From contig CT867998.1 in NCBI GenBank assembly GCA_000165425.1, positions 248,001 through 301,577 of the forward strand: 53,577 bases of DNA, in the 5' to 3' direction. A program made the translations under genes and the position numbers. This DNA comes from Paramecium tetraurelia. Its lineage: Eukaryota. The notes below the pieces were generated by a model that did no database searches, had not been told where the DNA came from, and worked only from the letters and a program-made list of their open reading frames with translations. Numbering within the stretch: the stretch's first letter is position 1; each line of letters begins with the position of its first letter. Shown in pieces: positions 40,101-52,360 of the stretch.

Positions 40101-43100
40101 AAGTCAATGAGTCAAAGTCTTATATTATTGAAATAGTTTTTTAGGTTATGCAAACAGATTCACAATTATTAACAGGTTTTTGGCTTTTATTCTAGATTGC
40201 CACTATAGCAATTACTCTATCCTGCATTAAGCTAAGTGCATCCTAACATTAATCACCACAGTATTGCTTATTTATAGAGAAGATTGTAAGCTGTATTTTA
40301 GTTAGTTTGGCTATATGGGAAATAGATTCTATTCTTTGGATTTCCTTTTGTCTCTTTTTTCTGAAAAATATTAGTCTTCAACTTGCCTTTTAATAATAAA
40401 TGAGTCAAATGTCTAGTTGTTAATATTTTATTAAAACAAATGTTTTCGATATTTTAAGTTTATCTTTAATAATTGTACTGAAATTAGGGAGTTTAATGTG
40501 ATTTGAATCTAGTTATTAAATTTCTACAACATTTTTGGTTTGTGACCTATAATCTCAGTTTAGACTAACTTTAAAACTACTCCATTAATTAAAAGTAAAT
40601 ATAATTAAAATTGTTTTAAAGGTTCATTAGTGAATAATAAAGTAATTTATTCTAATAAATCTTTTCCATTTTGTGTATCAAAGTTTACTCCAATGCTTTT
40701 GTTAAGCTACTTGAAATATAATAAACTTTTACTTCCTTCCAGCCTTAATAATTCAACCTTCAAATAAATCTATTTTATCTTCAAATATATCTAGATTATT
40801 ATTGATATTATGTGATTATTTTAGTTTATCATAGTTGGTTAAATAAATAAATCCCTCCTTTATGCCAAAAATTTTAAATTAATCACATTATTTATAAGTA
40901 ATTTATTTCGTACTCATCAACAAATGGTTTTTACGAATAATTTGATTTGCCTACTATTTTAATATAATAAAACTAAATATTTTGAAAGGTAGGTATACTA
41001 TTGTAATAAGTTGAGATATAAGATCATATTTAAAGTGCTTACAACTCTCCACTTTAAAGTAAGTAATTCTAATTTGCTATTAAAATTTAGAGGGATTATC
41101 ATAACGTCGAATCAATCTCTAAAATCACACTTTTTGTGTTATTTCCATAGTTCATACATTTTATGTTATATGATATTTTTGTAATGCTTCGTTTTGTTGA
41201 TTAGCCTAGTCATTTCAATTTGCTTAAATAAAAAAATTTATTTGAATCATATATCTTATTTATTTCTATATGATGATTTTTTAATTAAAAAGAAAACCTG
41301 TTTTAATTGATACTCAAAAACCAATTTTTAAATTCTTTACATTAATTTCTCTTTACCTTCTATCATTAAGTAATTGGATTTAACCTCATATTAAGATTAA
41401 ATCTTATTTAATAGCTTCAAATTCTCTAAACTAGAGCAATAATAATTTATTAGTTAACAAATTTGGCCAAACTCAGAAAAAATCTATGAGTTTTGCACCG
41501 ATAAAATATAACAGGGTTTAGGATTATAAAAGATTAATCCAATCAAAAGGATTCTTGTAGCAGTGCCTCTTAAATATTTACTTTATAAATTTCTATTAAA
41601 TCTTTCAATAAGCATTAAGGTAGTATTAATTTGAGACTTGTTTTGTAATCTTATCCTTTCATATAATTTGTTCGCTGTTTTTTAGGAAGATGTGTGTGAT
41701 TACTATCATAAAATTCAATGATAATAAGGAAGTAACGTATAAACTGTGTTTCTAACCCACGGGGGAGTTGGATATAGTGTAATTTTTAATTAAAGAAGAG
41801 TTTGTCAAAAATAAAAATATTAGAATTAAGTATCAGCCTATAGCTGGACTTGATTTATTATTAAATTAAATAAATTTAAAATTTGTTTTAATTTGAGTAA
41901 TTTAAAGTTGCTAAATTTATTTCCCAAATTTATCAAAAACTAAGCCTTCTTCTTACGTTTCCCCTTATCAAATGATAATTATTCAAATAACAATGAGAAT
42001 GAATAGTATTTTATATATTTTTAAGACGTTTTTAATTATTAATGATGAATTGAACACCGCCATATTAAAATGAACAATACTATCTAAATTGCAGCAGATG
42101 GTTAAATCCAATCCATTTCTGAGACTAGCCAACAATGCAATCAAATCCTTAAATTAAAAATGTTAGACAAAGTTTTGCAATATACATAAACACTCTTCCA
42201 TATGTGGAACTTTAAACAATACAAATAGCACTAAATTAATATATATGAACTTGAGATTGGAAGCAGAGTTACTATGATTTGATAACAAGCAGGTACAAAC
42301 CATGAATGGTATATCATAAAATCGGAATTAGAGTAAATCGCTATACATTTCATTTGCTGCCTGAATTAACAGAATTAGTTATTTAACTCATGGAACAAGT
42401 TATGGACACAATTATTGCAGATTAAATGCAATTTAGAAAGTACAACTACTTTGATTAAGAAAGTTATAACCTCAGATGAGCATTTAAATCGTTTTAAACA
42501 GCAAGAGCTTTGTAGCTATAAACCAAAGAAGCACATTGTTCTACGACCAATGCAATATCGGTAAGCAAAAATTATAAATATGTAAGACACACATATTTTC
42601 AGAAAATTTCAGACTCTACTATCTTAAAATGTATCATAGCAAGAAGTTATAATAGTAATAAAACAAAAATTAGCATTCGGTAGAAGAGCAAGGATCATCA
42701 ACTATATATGGTATTCAAGATATGCCCTTGAATATTGGAAGATTCAAGAAGTCTACAAGTGAGAAGAAGAAGTGGCAGTATAATATTATCATTTTCAGAA
42801 ATGATTCAGAATGAATTCAGGATGAATACATACATTAAAAAATTAGTTGAATTATGATCAGAACTTTTTTATCAAAAGTGCTAGAAAAGTAACCGTAGAT
42901 AATTGATCATGAGAATAAAAAAATCAATCTATCCTAAAAAAGATCAAGCGATCTACAGAACAATCAAAATAAGGAAGAGTGAAAATGCTTAAAATAAATA
43001 CATGTCATTAATAAATTAGTCACTGTAATTATCGATGAGCTCAACTGCTAATTTAAAAAGATTTATGTCTGGTTGTCATATGTTAGGAAAATATTAGCAA

Positions 43101-45966
43101 TACAATCTTCTAATTAAGAACCTATACATTTCTTAAAACAATTTACATCATGACAATTGGCATTAAATGTAACAAGCGAGATCTATGCATGTTTTTGTAT
43201 AATAGAATTAAATAACAAGTTTTAGGAAAAAGTTAAGTTTTTATTTGCTCATGATGAAGACGATTAAAATAGAATTAAGAATTACCTCTTTAATTGTAGA
43301 AGATATCTTAAAGGTTGTGGAAGCAATAAAATATCAAGTGCATCTTAAATAAAAATCTAATACCTCGATTAAACACAGGCTACATATTTTGATGTACATT
43401 GAGGCATATTTTCAACTCAAGAAACAGGCATCACATAATGCCCAGAACTGCAAAATTCAGTTGCTGTTGCAGCTGCAGTAGAATCTCAACAATCTAAGCA
43501 ATATACGGAGTTGATGATCGAAAGTTGTAGAAAGTGTGAGAGTTAAAAAAATACAATGCGTGAGTCAATATTTATCTCTATCTTTATGATATGTAGAGGA
43601 GCTCACACTTAGGATTGATGAAATACTAATAAATCAATTTCATTAGTCACTAAAAATTCAAGGTCTTGACAATTTGCAAAATGGTCAAACAGGAACAATA
43701 ATGCAATTAAAAAAGGTTTCTGTTTATTCACAAATATTTTCAGAATTTCCAGAAACAGCACACAAGTATAGGATAAATATTTTGTAAACAGAACCTTAAT
43801 AATCATAATAGTAAAAAAATATTTTATGATTCAAAAATTTTTCTACATTCATTGTGGTTAGTGTTTAGTGTGTTTACACTGTTGAGCTAATTTCTCTGCT
43901 CATATAATTGCTCATTGTAAGTAAAGGGACATTTTAGTAGAAGCAAATAAGTTAGCCCGATTATTACATAGGAATTGGTTCAATTTTCTAATTTGCATCA
44001 CAGCATTTGTATGCAATAGAGATACTTGGCTTGCTCAGATTAAATATTTTGGTATAAATTAAATCATATCGCAGAACTACTATTAAATATAACACCAAAC
44101 TCTCTACCATGAAGCTGATTTTACTAATTGTTTTTAATGTTAGCAATTACTTTAGTGTTTTTTTTTACTCTTTTTTGTATCGGCTTTCCAACTTTTCTGG
44201 AGAGATATTTGTTTGGTTTTATTGATTACATATAGTATTTGATCTCACTATCAACCACCTATATCGTACAGCTTAAAAATATGTTAATAGTACAAAATGT
44301 ACTGCTGAAACTTTTAATCAAATATAAACCTTGCTTTGCATCTTCGTTAAGAAACTAGTAGTAATCCGCAGCTGGTTCTCATCTTCTAGTGTCAGTTTAA
44401 GAAGTGAACTCTGCCAGACTGACACAGAGTAAATTCAAAAACAGCATAAAGAGTTTTTAACCATGAGCTGATTTATTTCGAAGACTGCAATACTGACTCA
44501 ACAGCAATGTCAGCTTTCGGCGTTAGCTTAAAATATTAAATTCTTGTACAAAAAGTATATAAAAATGCTGACACATCTGCTTATGAGCTCTTGACTATGA
44601 TGATGAGGCTGACTGATTATCAATTTCTGATCTATTCTGCTTATCTCTACAACAACACCTTCAGACTAATGTATTTTTTCGTTAGGTTTGTCTAATGTAA
44701 ATGCAAAGTTTGTATTATTTCTAAACTATACTAAAAGTAGTGAGTTTTATGATTTTTTCCATGTGTTATTAAGCTTGCTGTTTATGTACATACATAAAGC
44801 AGCTATTATGGTTGTAATTGTACATCACCTGGGATCAAGCCACTTTTAATGAGTATTCTTTTAAACCTATGCTACGTAAAGACCTATAATAACAAATAAG
44901 ATAAGAAATTAATGAACTATATTTGAATTGCCTATTATTGGATTCATGCGCATAAGTTTTAGGTGTCTTCATCCTTTATCGTTACAAATCTTACGGTGAC
45001 TAGCCATATAGCAATTTTGCAAATGCTATTACCATCTATAAGTTAACTGTCATTACATAACACATTCAGTAATAAAATGATGGAAAATTAGTTGTTGTTA
45101 ATCCATTCCTACTTGTATAGTATGATCCAATACAATATATGTAGGCAATTCTAATGTGAATGTGAAGTATCAATGAATTATATATGACTCCTGATCAAAA
45201 TAAAGGTTTCTTTAAAGGAAACTAAAAAACGACCGTATGTATCAATTTATTCTCCCTTAGCAAATCTCTTTCATTCTAATAATACTTGTTGTTCTCTCTT
45301 AAATACACAAAATTTTATTAAGTTACTTAAAAGGGAGAGTTAACATTTGTTTAACTTAAATACGAATTTTTGTAGTTGTCGCAGTATGAATTGGATAAAG
45401 GCCAATAACAGTCATGCCTGAATTTAATTATGAAAAGTTAGGTTATCTTGTTGAAATTCACAATAAAAAGATAAATTTTTCAGCTCCAAATTATCTGTCT
45501 GTTGATGGATGTAAATGCAATTCAAATATTATAGTTCTCTTGTAAATGATACCATAAAAATAAATGTCCAACCTCTTTATATGGGAAACCCTCCTTTTTC
45601 AAATGATAAACTTGGGCTACAAAATGTTTGAATTCTAGCAATGCTTTAACTATTTCAAAATACTACATTCGAACTTGCATCTATTTATAACAGCAAGTAG
45701 GTGATCTAAAGTTTAATACATTGGAGGTTCCTTCACCGAATATTCTTAAAATTGTTGATATATGTATGATTGAGCATGAAAACCTCCTGAAGATTAGTAG
45801 GGAAATGTTCTTTCAATAGGGTTAAGTCATAAAGTTCTTATAGTAGATTGCAAGTCTACTACAAATAATATATTATTCAAGTTTGCTCCCATCTTCAATT
45901 AAAGGTAGTTGTGAACCTTCCAGGTAAGCAATCTGTAGGTCATAACCCAACTATCGTTAAGCACCC

Positions 45967-46670
45967 TTTTTTTTTGTTATCTAAATTGAGCATAGTGATT
46001 ATCATCTCAGGCATTAATGATTATAGATTATCTCCTCCATACTTCCTCATATTCCTTAACTAGTCTATCCTTTTATTCTTCATATGTAGTTTCCATAAGA
46101 AATATTCAAATTAAAATTGTTCCCAAAATCAACATTGAATTTTAAGTTTACTTCCTATCTAATATTTCTTTCTCACATCTTCTGGATATTATTATTATTA
46201 ATCATCTAGTATCCTAGTTTGAATTAGATTCATATTATTGGAAGTAGGAATAAAAGGTAGAGATTTAATCGAATTTCCTAACAATGTTATTGGATGATTA
46301 ATTGATTAGTGTGTCATGTTTATATTGTTATTCTTTTCCTTTTGCAATTTAATTTTAAACTTTACTCTCCTCTTGTATCGCTTCTTATTATTCCTCTTAT
46401 TAGCAACAGCCTGAGGTCCTTATTTCATATGCTGAAATCCGTAATTTCAAGTCATCCTCATCACTCCATTTTACTCTAGTCCTTTCCTTTGGCCTCACAA
46501 TTAGGAATATTTCTATCTTCAAAAACAAATTTGAAGCATTCATATCCCATTGATAATCATTATGGGTCTTATCATTATCTTTTCAATACTTTTTACATCT
46601 AAGTCCTTAAAATATGACTGGGTTTTTCCATCAGTTGGGTTTGAAGTCTAACTTAATCTAGAGACCCAAA
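45967..46670 (-). mobile_element. Degenerate Trp-rich ORF, copy 2, ending in a short A-tract
   Basis: Reads L*GQRKGLEQNGVMRMT*NY...RRCEKEILD...FWEQF...VKEYEEVWRR across shifted frames. An A9 run lies at its 3' end (T9 at 45967-45975 on +). Confidence 0.5.
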
Positions 46671-49600
46671 AAAAACAAAATATTTTAAGTAAAGGATAAC
46701 AAATTGTATATATTCTAAGAAAGAGTGCATAAATATTGAAACGTTTCTTATTGTGTTGATTCATTTAATTCTATATTTTTGAATATTAGAAGAACATCCT
46801 TTTAATTTGAAAATATATAAAAATATATTTTAGAAATATGTGATTTTTTAATAATTACTGAAAACTATAGGTTTGAACTCTCTAAAGTGTTAGTACAACA
46901 ATATTTGCTATGTTATTTCATTTTCAAATTTAATTTCTAGAATCAAAAAATTTAAAACTTTCCAATTAAGTAAGATCAAAATTTAGCAAAAACCAATTTT
47001 ATATGTAATCATTATGATTTAAGCTTTCTAATAAATATCATTTCAATAAATTTGCATCAATCTCCTTATTAACCATTTTATGTGAATATCATCCAGCACA
47101 TCAAACATAGATTATTTTTTAGAAATAAATATTTAGGATTAAACTACATTTTGAATTTGACTTTTACGTATTTCGTGCATATTTGTTTAAAGTGTTGATG
47201 AGCACTCTTGTCATTAATGTACCTTCATATGTGTGCATCTTCAACTTATCTGAAACTTTGAAACCTCAAGCCACCTGAAATACTGATATTCTTCTTGCAA
47301 AGAGTTATAATTAGAGTTTAAGCCAAGTACTGAAACTAGATCCCATAAATGTCTTTATTCTTCACTTGAATAGGCATGCTTCATCCGCTTCTTGTTTTAG
47401 AAAATTTCAGTACTTTAAATTTGTAATTTGAAACATTTCCTATATGTCTCATCAGCTATTGCAAAAGATGCCTAGTCTGTGTACATCTTAAACATGCTCA
47501 AAAATATACTTAATGTTGTTCTTATTAAAGATCTTGATTTATTTAATAAATACTACTAACACCACCATCTCCTTAAAGTTAAACTGCCTACAGTGTTCAT
47601 GTATCTTGTTCTATCAACCTAATTCTTGTTGGAATTTATCAGCATCATAGTTCCGAGCCATTAAAGCATGAAGTAATTTGTGTTCTTCATTGTATTGGGT
47701 TTGAGGTTATACCTTTCTCTCTTGTGATATTAGTCATAATTCAATATTTAAGCCATAGTTGATCTCCTTGGGTGAAAATAATGGAAACTCAGTTTAGTGG
47801 TGTTGTTTCTACCTATTATGAAGATAATATGTAAAGTAAAATGCATGCAAATACAATTTAGAGAAAAAAAACTCTGACACTTAGGTAAAACTATTGAGGA
47901 TTTTTTATTACCTCTCTCCAGTCTCCCCTAACTGAATACCCAACCTTTTATGCTCAAGGTATAACTGAAGCCAGTTACTGAACTTATCCATCCTGTGATG
48001 CATTACAGGGACTGGACATAAATGTTATAATTTTTATATCATATCCTATAAGCATGATTTGTATCTATTGTATTTCAAAGTTCGCTATAATTTGTTTGAA
48101 GAATACTTATCAAGTCTTTATAGAAACAAACAACCATAAAACTCAATATCTGATTGTCTGTAATGTTGTTGTGATGCTTTTTTATTTCTGAGTCTGAGTT
48201 AGCTCACACATCTTCACCTCATTAATTATTCTTGTTAATGTAATTTACCTTTTGCTGCTTTCAATTCATCCATGCCAATTAGATGTTGTGCATTTCGTTT
48301 TATAACTAAATAAATGCACAAACGAACTGCTGCCAATATATTTGCGAGATACATACAAATATTCATTCTTAATGAATGCATATAGGATTTCTGCATTCGT
48401 ACATGCTTGATATAAATTGCCATTAAGTTTGAATATCGATGATAGCTATTTGATGGACTCGGTATGTATCTGCAAAAGCCTGATGTGAAAATTTGAATGC
48501 TTAAACTATGATGGTTCTTGCAAGAGTACCTCCAAAATAGAAATAGCACAATCTAGAACATTGAGAAAGAAGTGGTGAATCGACAGAACATTGAAAGACA
48601 TTTTTCATTACTGACCTAAACTTCGAAATGAGAGTTTTATGATATCAATTTCTTCGATCTAGTATGATGCATGCCCACTTGTTTGTATAAATATTCGTTC
48701 TCATATTCTTTTTTGAGTGCTACGAAACTTTTCTCAATTCTGTTAGTGATATCAGGGAAGGTATTAACAAATAATAAAATAAGCACCTCGATCTCAAATA
48801 ATATTCTGTGTGATCCTTTTAATAATAACCACCTTAGCTGAATGTTGCCTCTTTTGATTTTTATTGATGGAATTAGTTATATTTCAATACATTCTCGACT
48901 GATTGCAAACCAAATTAATCAAGAAGGAGAGTTACACTACTGAATCATAACAATCAGCATACAATTGCCTATGGGTAATGATCCAACATTTCTCATACTA
49001 AAAACGACACTCAAAACTATCACTTCTGTCTTTAAGCATTGTGTTCATTTGGAGATTGCTATGATACCAACAATTTTTAAAAGATATTAGCAACAGTTCC
49101 ACAGAATGTATTAATTGTTGTGATAATACTTTATTTAGGGTCAGAATTATAAGCAAGCGATTTATTATTGAAGTTTTTATCGCTTTTTGATGCACAATAA
49201 GCTGAGTAACTTAAATTTTTTGATATATTGAATGCTGACCACTTATGAAAACAAGAAAATCTAATTATCACTTAATTTAACAATGTTTGAATATTTTTCA
49301 TCCATCTGCAAAGACAAGGAGATGATTCAGCTGCTAACAAATTCATTTATTAATTATAAAGAACATGATGTTCAGGTTTAGATTAAGTAGCAAAGGAAAT
49401 AAAAAGTGCAGTCTAAATTTTGAGCATATATTTTCGAATAGAAAGTCCAAAATTGAGCTTGATGTGGTAGACGTTGGTTTACCTGCTTTGTGTTTGCTCC
49501 AAAACAATAATCGAGATAAATGAGTAGCCAGATGAATTGAATACATCATGAAAATTATGCTAATACAACCAAAGATTTGTTCTTGGAAACGCTCTATTTT

Positions 49601-50880
49601 GTGATGATGAAGAAATGCTATATCAACTCGTATCCGGTAAGCTATGTATTGATATAATTATAGGTAATTTTTTAAAGGATCATTAAGATCTTCTTAAAGG
49701 ATGTTTGAAGCATTTTCATATTCTGAGAAAGCTAAAAATTTCTATTAATTTTAGGCTCCTATTTATAATCGACTTCATGCTCATGCGTCCTTTGTTTCAA
49801 AAAATGGATATTTCTTCATATGATTAATATTACATTGCGTTGGTTGGAAATGCCATCTTCTTTGATGCATGTTGTCTGTTACCCATGTTTAATTTAACGC
49901 TATAGTATTTGATAAATTCAGCTATACATGCGTAACTTATGAAAGTTTGGCTGGTGCAGGTTTTGTTTGTGAATTTTTATTTAGAAACCTCCTAAATTCG
50001 GATAGTTTTAGCATGTGCTTCCTAATTAACGCGTATAAGTTATTGATAGTGTGTTAAACATGTAATAATACTTTCTCCATTATCTAAAAGATGTGCTCCA
50101 TAAACCTTGCTAAATATTGCAATCATTTCTGGATTCAGATAGTGAATGTTAACGACTTTTGACTATAATAAACCTTTTAGTGTTAGTAAAACTATTGTTA
50201 CATCGACAAAAAATTGAGATTCTTATGTGCTGGATACATAAGCACAATATAAATGTTTAATTTTGATCTTGATCGTTGGGACATAAACTCCACAAGTTGA
50301 AATGGTTTTAATTTCCATTCTAAAACTTTATCTAGACATAAGATGGAGAGTTGAAGATTTCTAAATGAAAATAATGTTTTAATGATAATTTCAATAAATT
50401 AACTAATTTCGTATTAATATTTATTAGTATGTTATTAATAATATATAAACGTGGGGTATCCAAATAAGTTTGAGTTTGGTTGATAAATGCCTTACAGGGA
50501 GGAAAAGGAGCAATAAATTTAAATATACTGAAGTAGAGACGATAGAACTTGAGGGGCTCTAATATTAATTAAAAGAGTTGTGGTCAAGAAAAAATTGTTA
50601 TGAATAAAGAAAACGCACATAATTGTAATACAATATTCAAACGTACAACTGGGTATTATAATTTTATCATTAGGTTAAGCATATTTGGGGAACAATAAAG
50701 AATTTTAGTTAGGTTAATGAAATAATTTCATTAATCAATATGTCGATTAATGTAGCCTATCATAGATTCTATAGATCCAACAAATTTGTTAGCTTCTTAA
50801 AATGAAATTGCCTAATATAATAGTAAATAACTATTAGAGTTCACAATTCAAAATAACAACATAAAACCAATAAATATCCG

Positions 50881-51129
50881 ATGTCAGGGTATTATCTGGA
50901 TTGGAGTTTCTTTTTACTATCTTAACGTGACCCTTTATATAACGATAGTATTATGGTTAGGGTCTTTAGAAAAAATGCAAAAAAGAAGATTGGAGTTTGA
51001 TAGGCATTGGCATTGGCGTTGGCGCCCGCGAATTTACATAGGAAGTACTAATTTGAAAAAAAAAATATAAAGTAAAATCATTATATAGAGGGTTACGTTA
51101 AGATAGTAAAATCCAAACCCTTTTGACAT
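50881..51129. repeat. Fold-back / MITE-like element with 35-bp inverted arms
   Basis: 50912-50946 TTTTACTATCTTAACGTGACCCTTTATATAACGAT is the reverse complement of 51077-51111 ATCATTATATAGAGGGTTACGTTAAGATAGTAAAA, with 3 mismatches. There is a looser outer extension (ATGTCA...TGACAT). Confidence 0.85.
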
Positions 51130-51289
51130 AGAATTGGTGCCACACCCAAACATACTATATTTGATTGAGATGGAAGATAAATTCTATGTGAATTTCATAT
51201 AAAACAAAGTGAATCCAACAGAATTGTCAAATACTGATTTAGAATAATTAGTCTCAATTATTAGAAAAAATTAGATGATAAGAATGTTT

Positions 51290-51560
51290 AGAGAATAAGG
51301 TTTTGAGAATATTAGGATGAGAGATATTTCCTTAATTGGCAGAAATTTAGTAAGTTGCATTTTAAATGAATCAAATTTGATAATGTTGATAAAAGTGGAA
51401 TGTACTTGCTTAATTGTTAAATTGTAAATAGAAGGATAAGATACATGAGTTAAATAAATTAGATGGTCATTCAAGTGAAGTTACTTCAGTCAATTTCTGT
51501 CATTAGCATCTCGTAGTTAAGACTATTCTATCCAATAATGGGATGTTGAAACAAGGTGTG
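51290..51560 (+). pseudogene. Fragment of a Paramecium pentapeptide-repeat + WD40 gene
   Basis: FENIRMRDISLIGRNLVSCILNESNLIML/FDNVDKSGM, then IHELNKLDGHSSEVTSVNF...LASRSQDYSIQQWDVET, with frameshifts and deletions. Confidence 0.8.
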
Positions 51561-52099
51561 TGAATTTAACAATAAATTTTACTTTTATCTATCATGAATT
51601 GAAAAAAAAATAGTAATGAGAAATGTACGAAGTAGTGGAGGAATAATAGGAAGAGGGAGGAGGAGAAAATTATTCGAAATACTGATAATTTAAGTGGTAC
51701 AAAATTTGTTTTATGTTTGGATTATAACATTAAATAAAATACTTAATTACACATACATTTAGTTCATCGATACGATAGAGAGAACAAAATTAATTTTAAG
51801 TTGAACTAGTTTGATGATATCATTTAAAATAATACATTAATGCTTAAAATGGTGAGTCACTCTAAATTATAATTGATAAGCATTTTTAACACATCTCAAT
51901 AAATATACCCTACACACTACACTGAAATGTAATTTAATAATATTAAAATAATATGGCGTGATCATTAGCTTGAAATAGAATACTTTTGAAAAACATGTAA
52001 TTATCTATCTTAAGAAATGAAGATCAAAACATATTATCAAAAAAACATAAGAAATTGATTAAAATTATAATTGTAATGTTCTTAATGAATATTTTAATT

Positions 52100-52360
52100 T
52101 CACTTTTGCTTTAAGTATTCTAAATAGCAACTTCCTTTGGATTTTAATAAAGGTTTTAAATCAATCCCTTAATGATTTATTAATTGTCCTTATAAGATAA
52201 GTGTTCCTGATTCTTCTAATTAAGGATTATAACATATTCTTAATATAGTACGATCAAGATTAACTAAATATTAATGAATAAATACCATTAACAAGGTAAG
52301 CAGATCTTTATAGCCACTATTTGGAGTATTTCCTTTGATGTTTTTATATCCCAAAACTTG
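52100..52360 (-). pseudogene. C-terminal tail fragment of the same WD40 gene family
   Basis: FWDIKTSKEILQ...LDRTILRICYNPQLEESGTLILQGQLINHQGIDLKPLLKSKGSCYLEYLKQK-TGA is the characteristic tail of Paramecium WD40 proteins (recognised from memory). No WD repeats lie upstream of it. Confidence 0.75.

Larger units (their letters stand above)
32300..50350. pseudogene. Large tract of decayed, apparently intron-poor coding-like sequence of unknown (probably mobile-element) origin
   Basis: Many 100-190 codon TGA-free frames on both strands (e.g. + 33622-34110, + 37146-37670, - 48220-48770) are broken by frameshifts and TGAs. I found no intact ATG-to-TGA gene with recognisable host domains. Confidence 0.5.

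Noticed and set aside
42530..43050. SF2-helicase-like hints (IVLRPMQ at ~42535; VTVIIDELN at ~43020)
   Set aside because: No recognisable Walker A lies between them and the frames are broken. Such short motifs arise by chance.
3310..51474. Most short ORFs in the supplied track (e.g. 3310-3513, 4441-4716, 6499-6714, 26097-26390, 36831-37047)
   Set aside because: They are antisense or off-frame shadows produced by the standard code. The real frames lie on the opposite strand or read through TAA/TAG.
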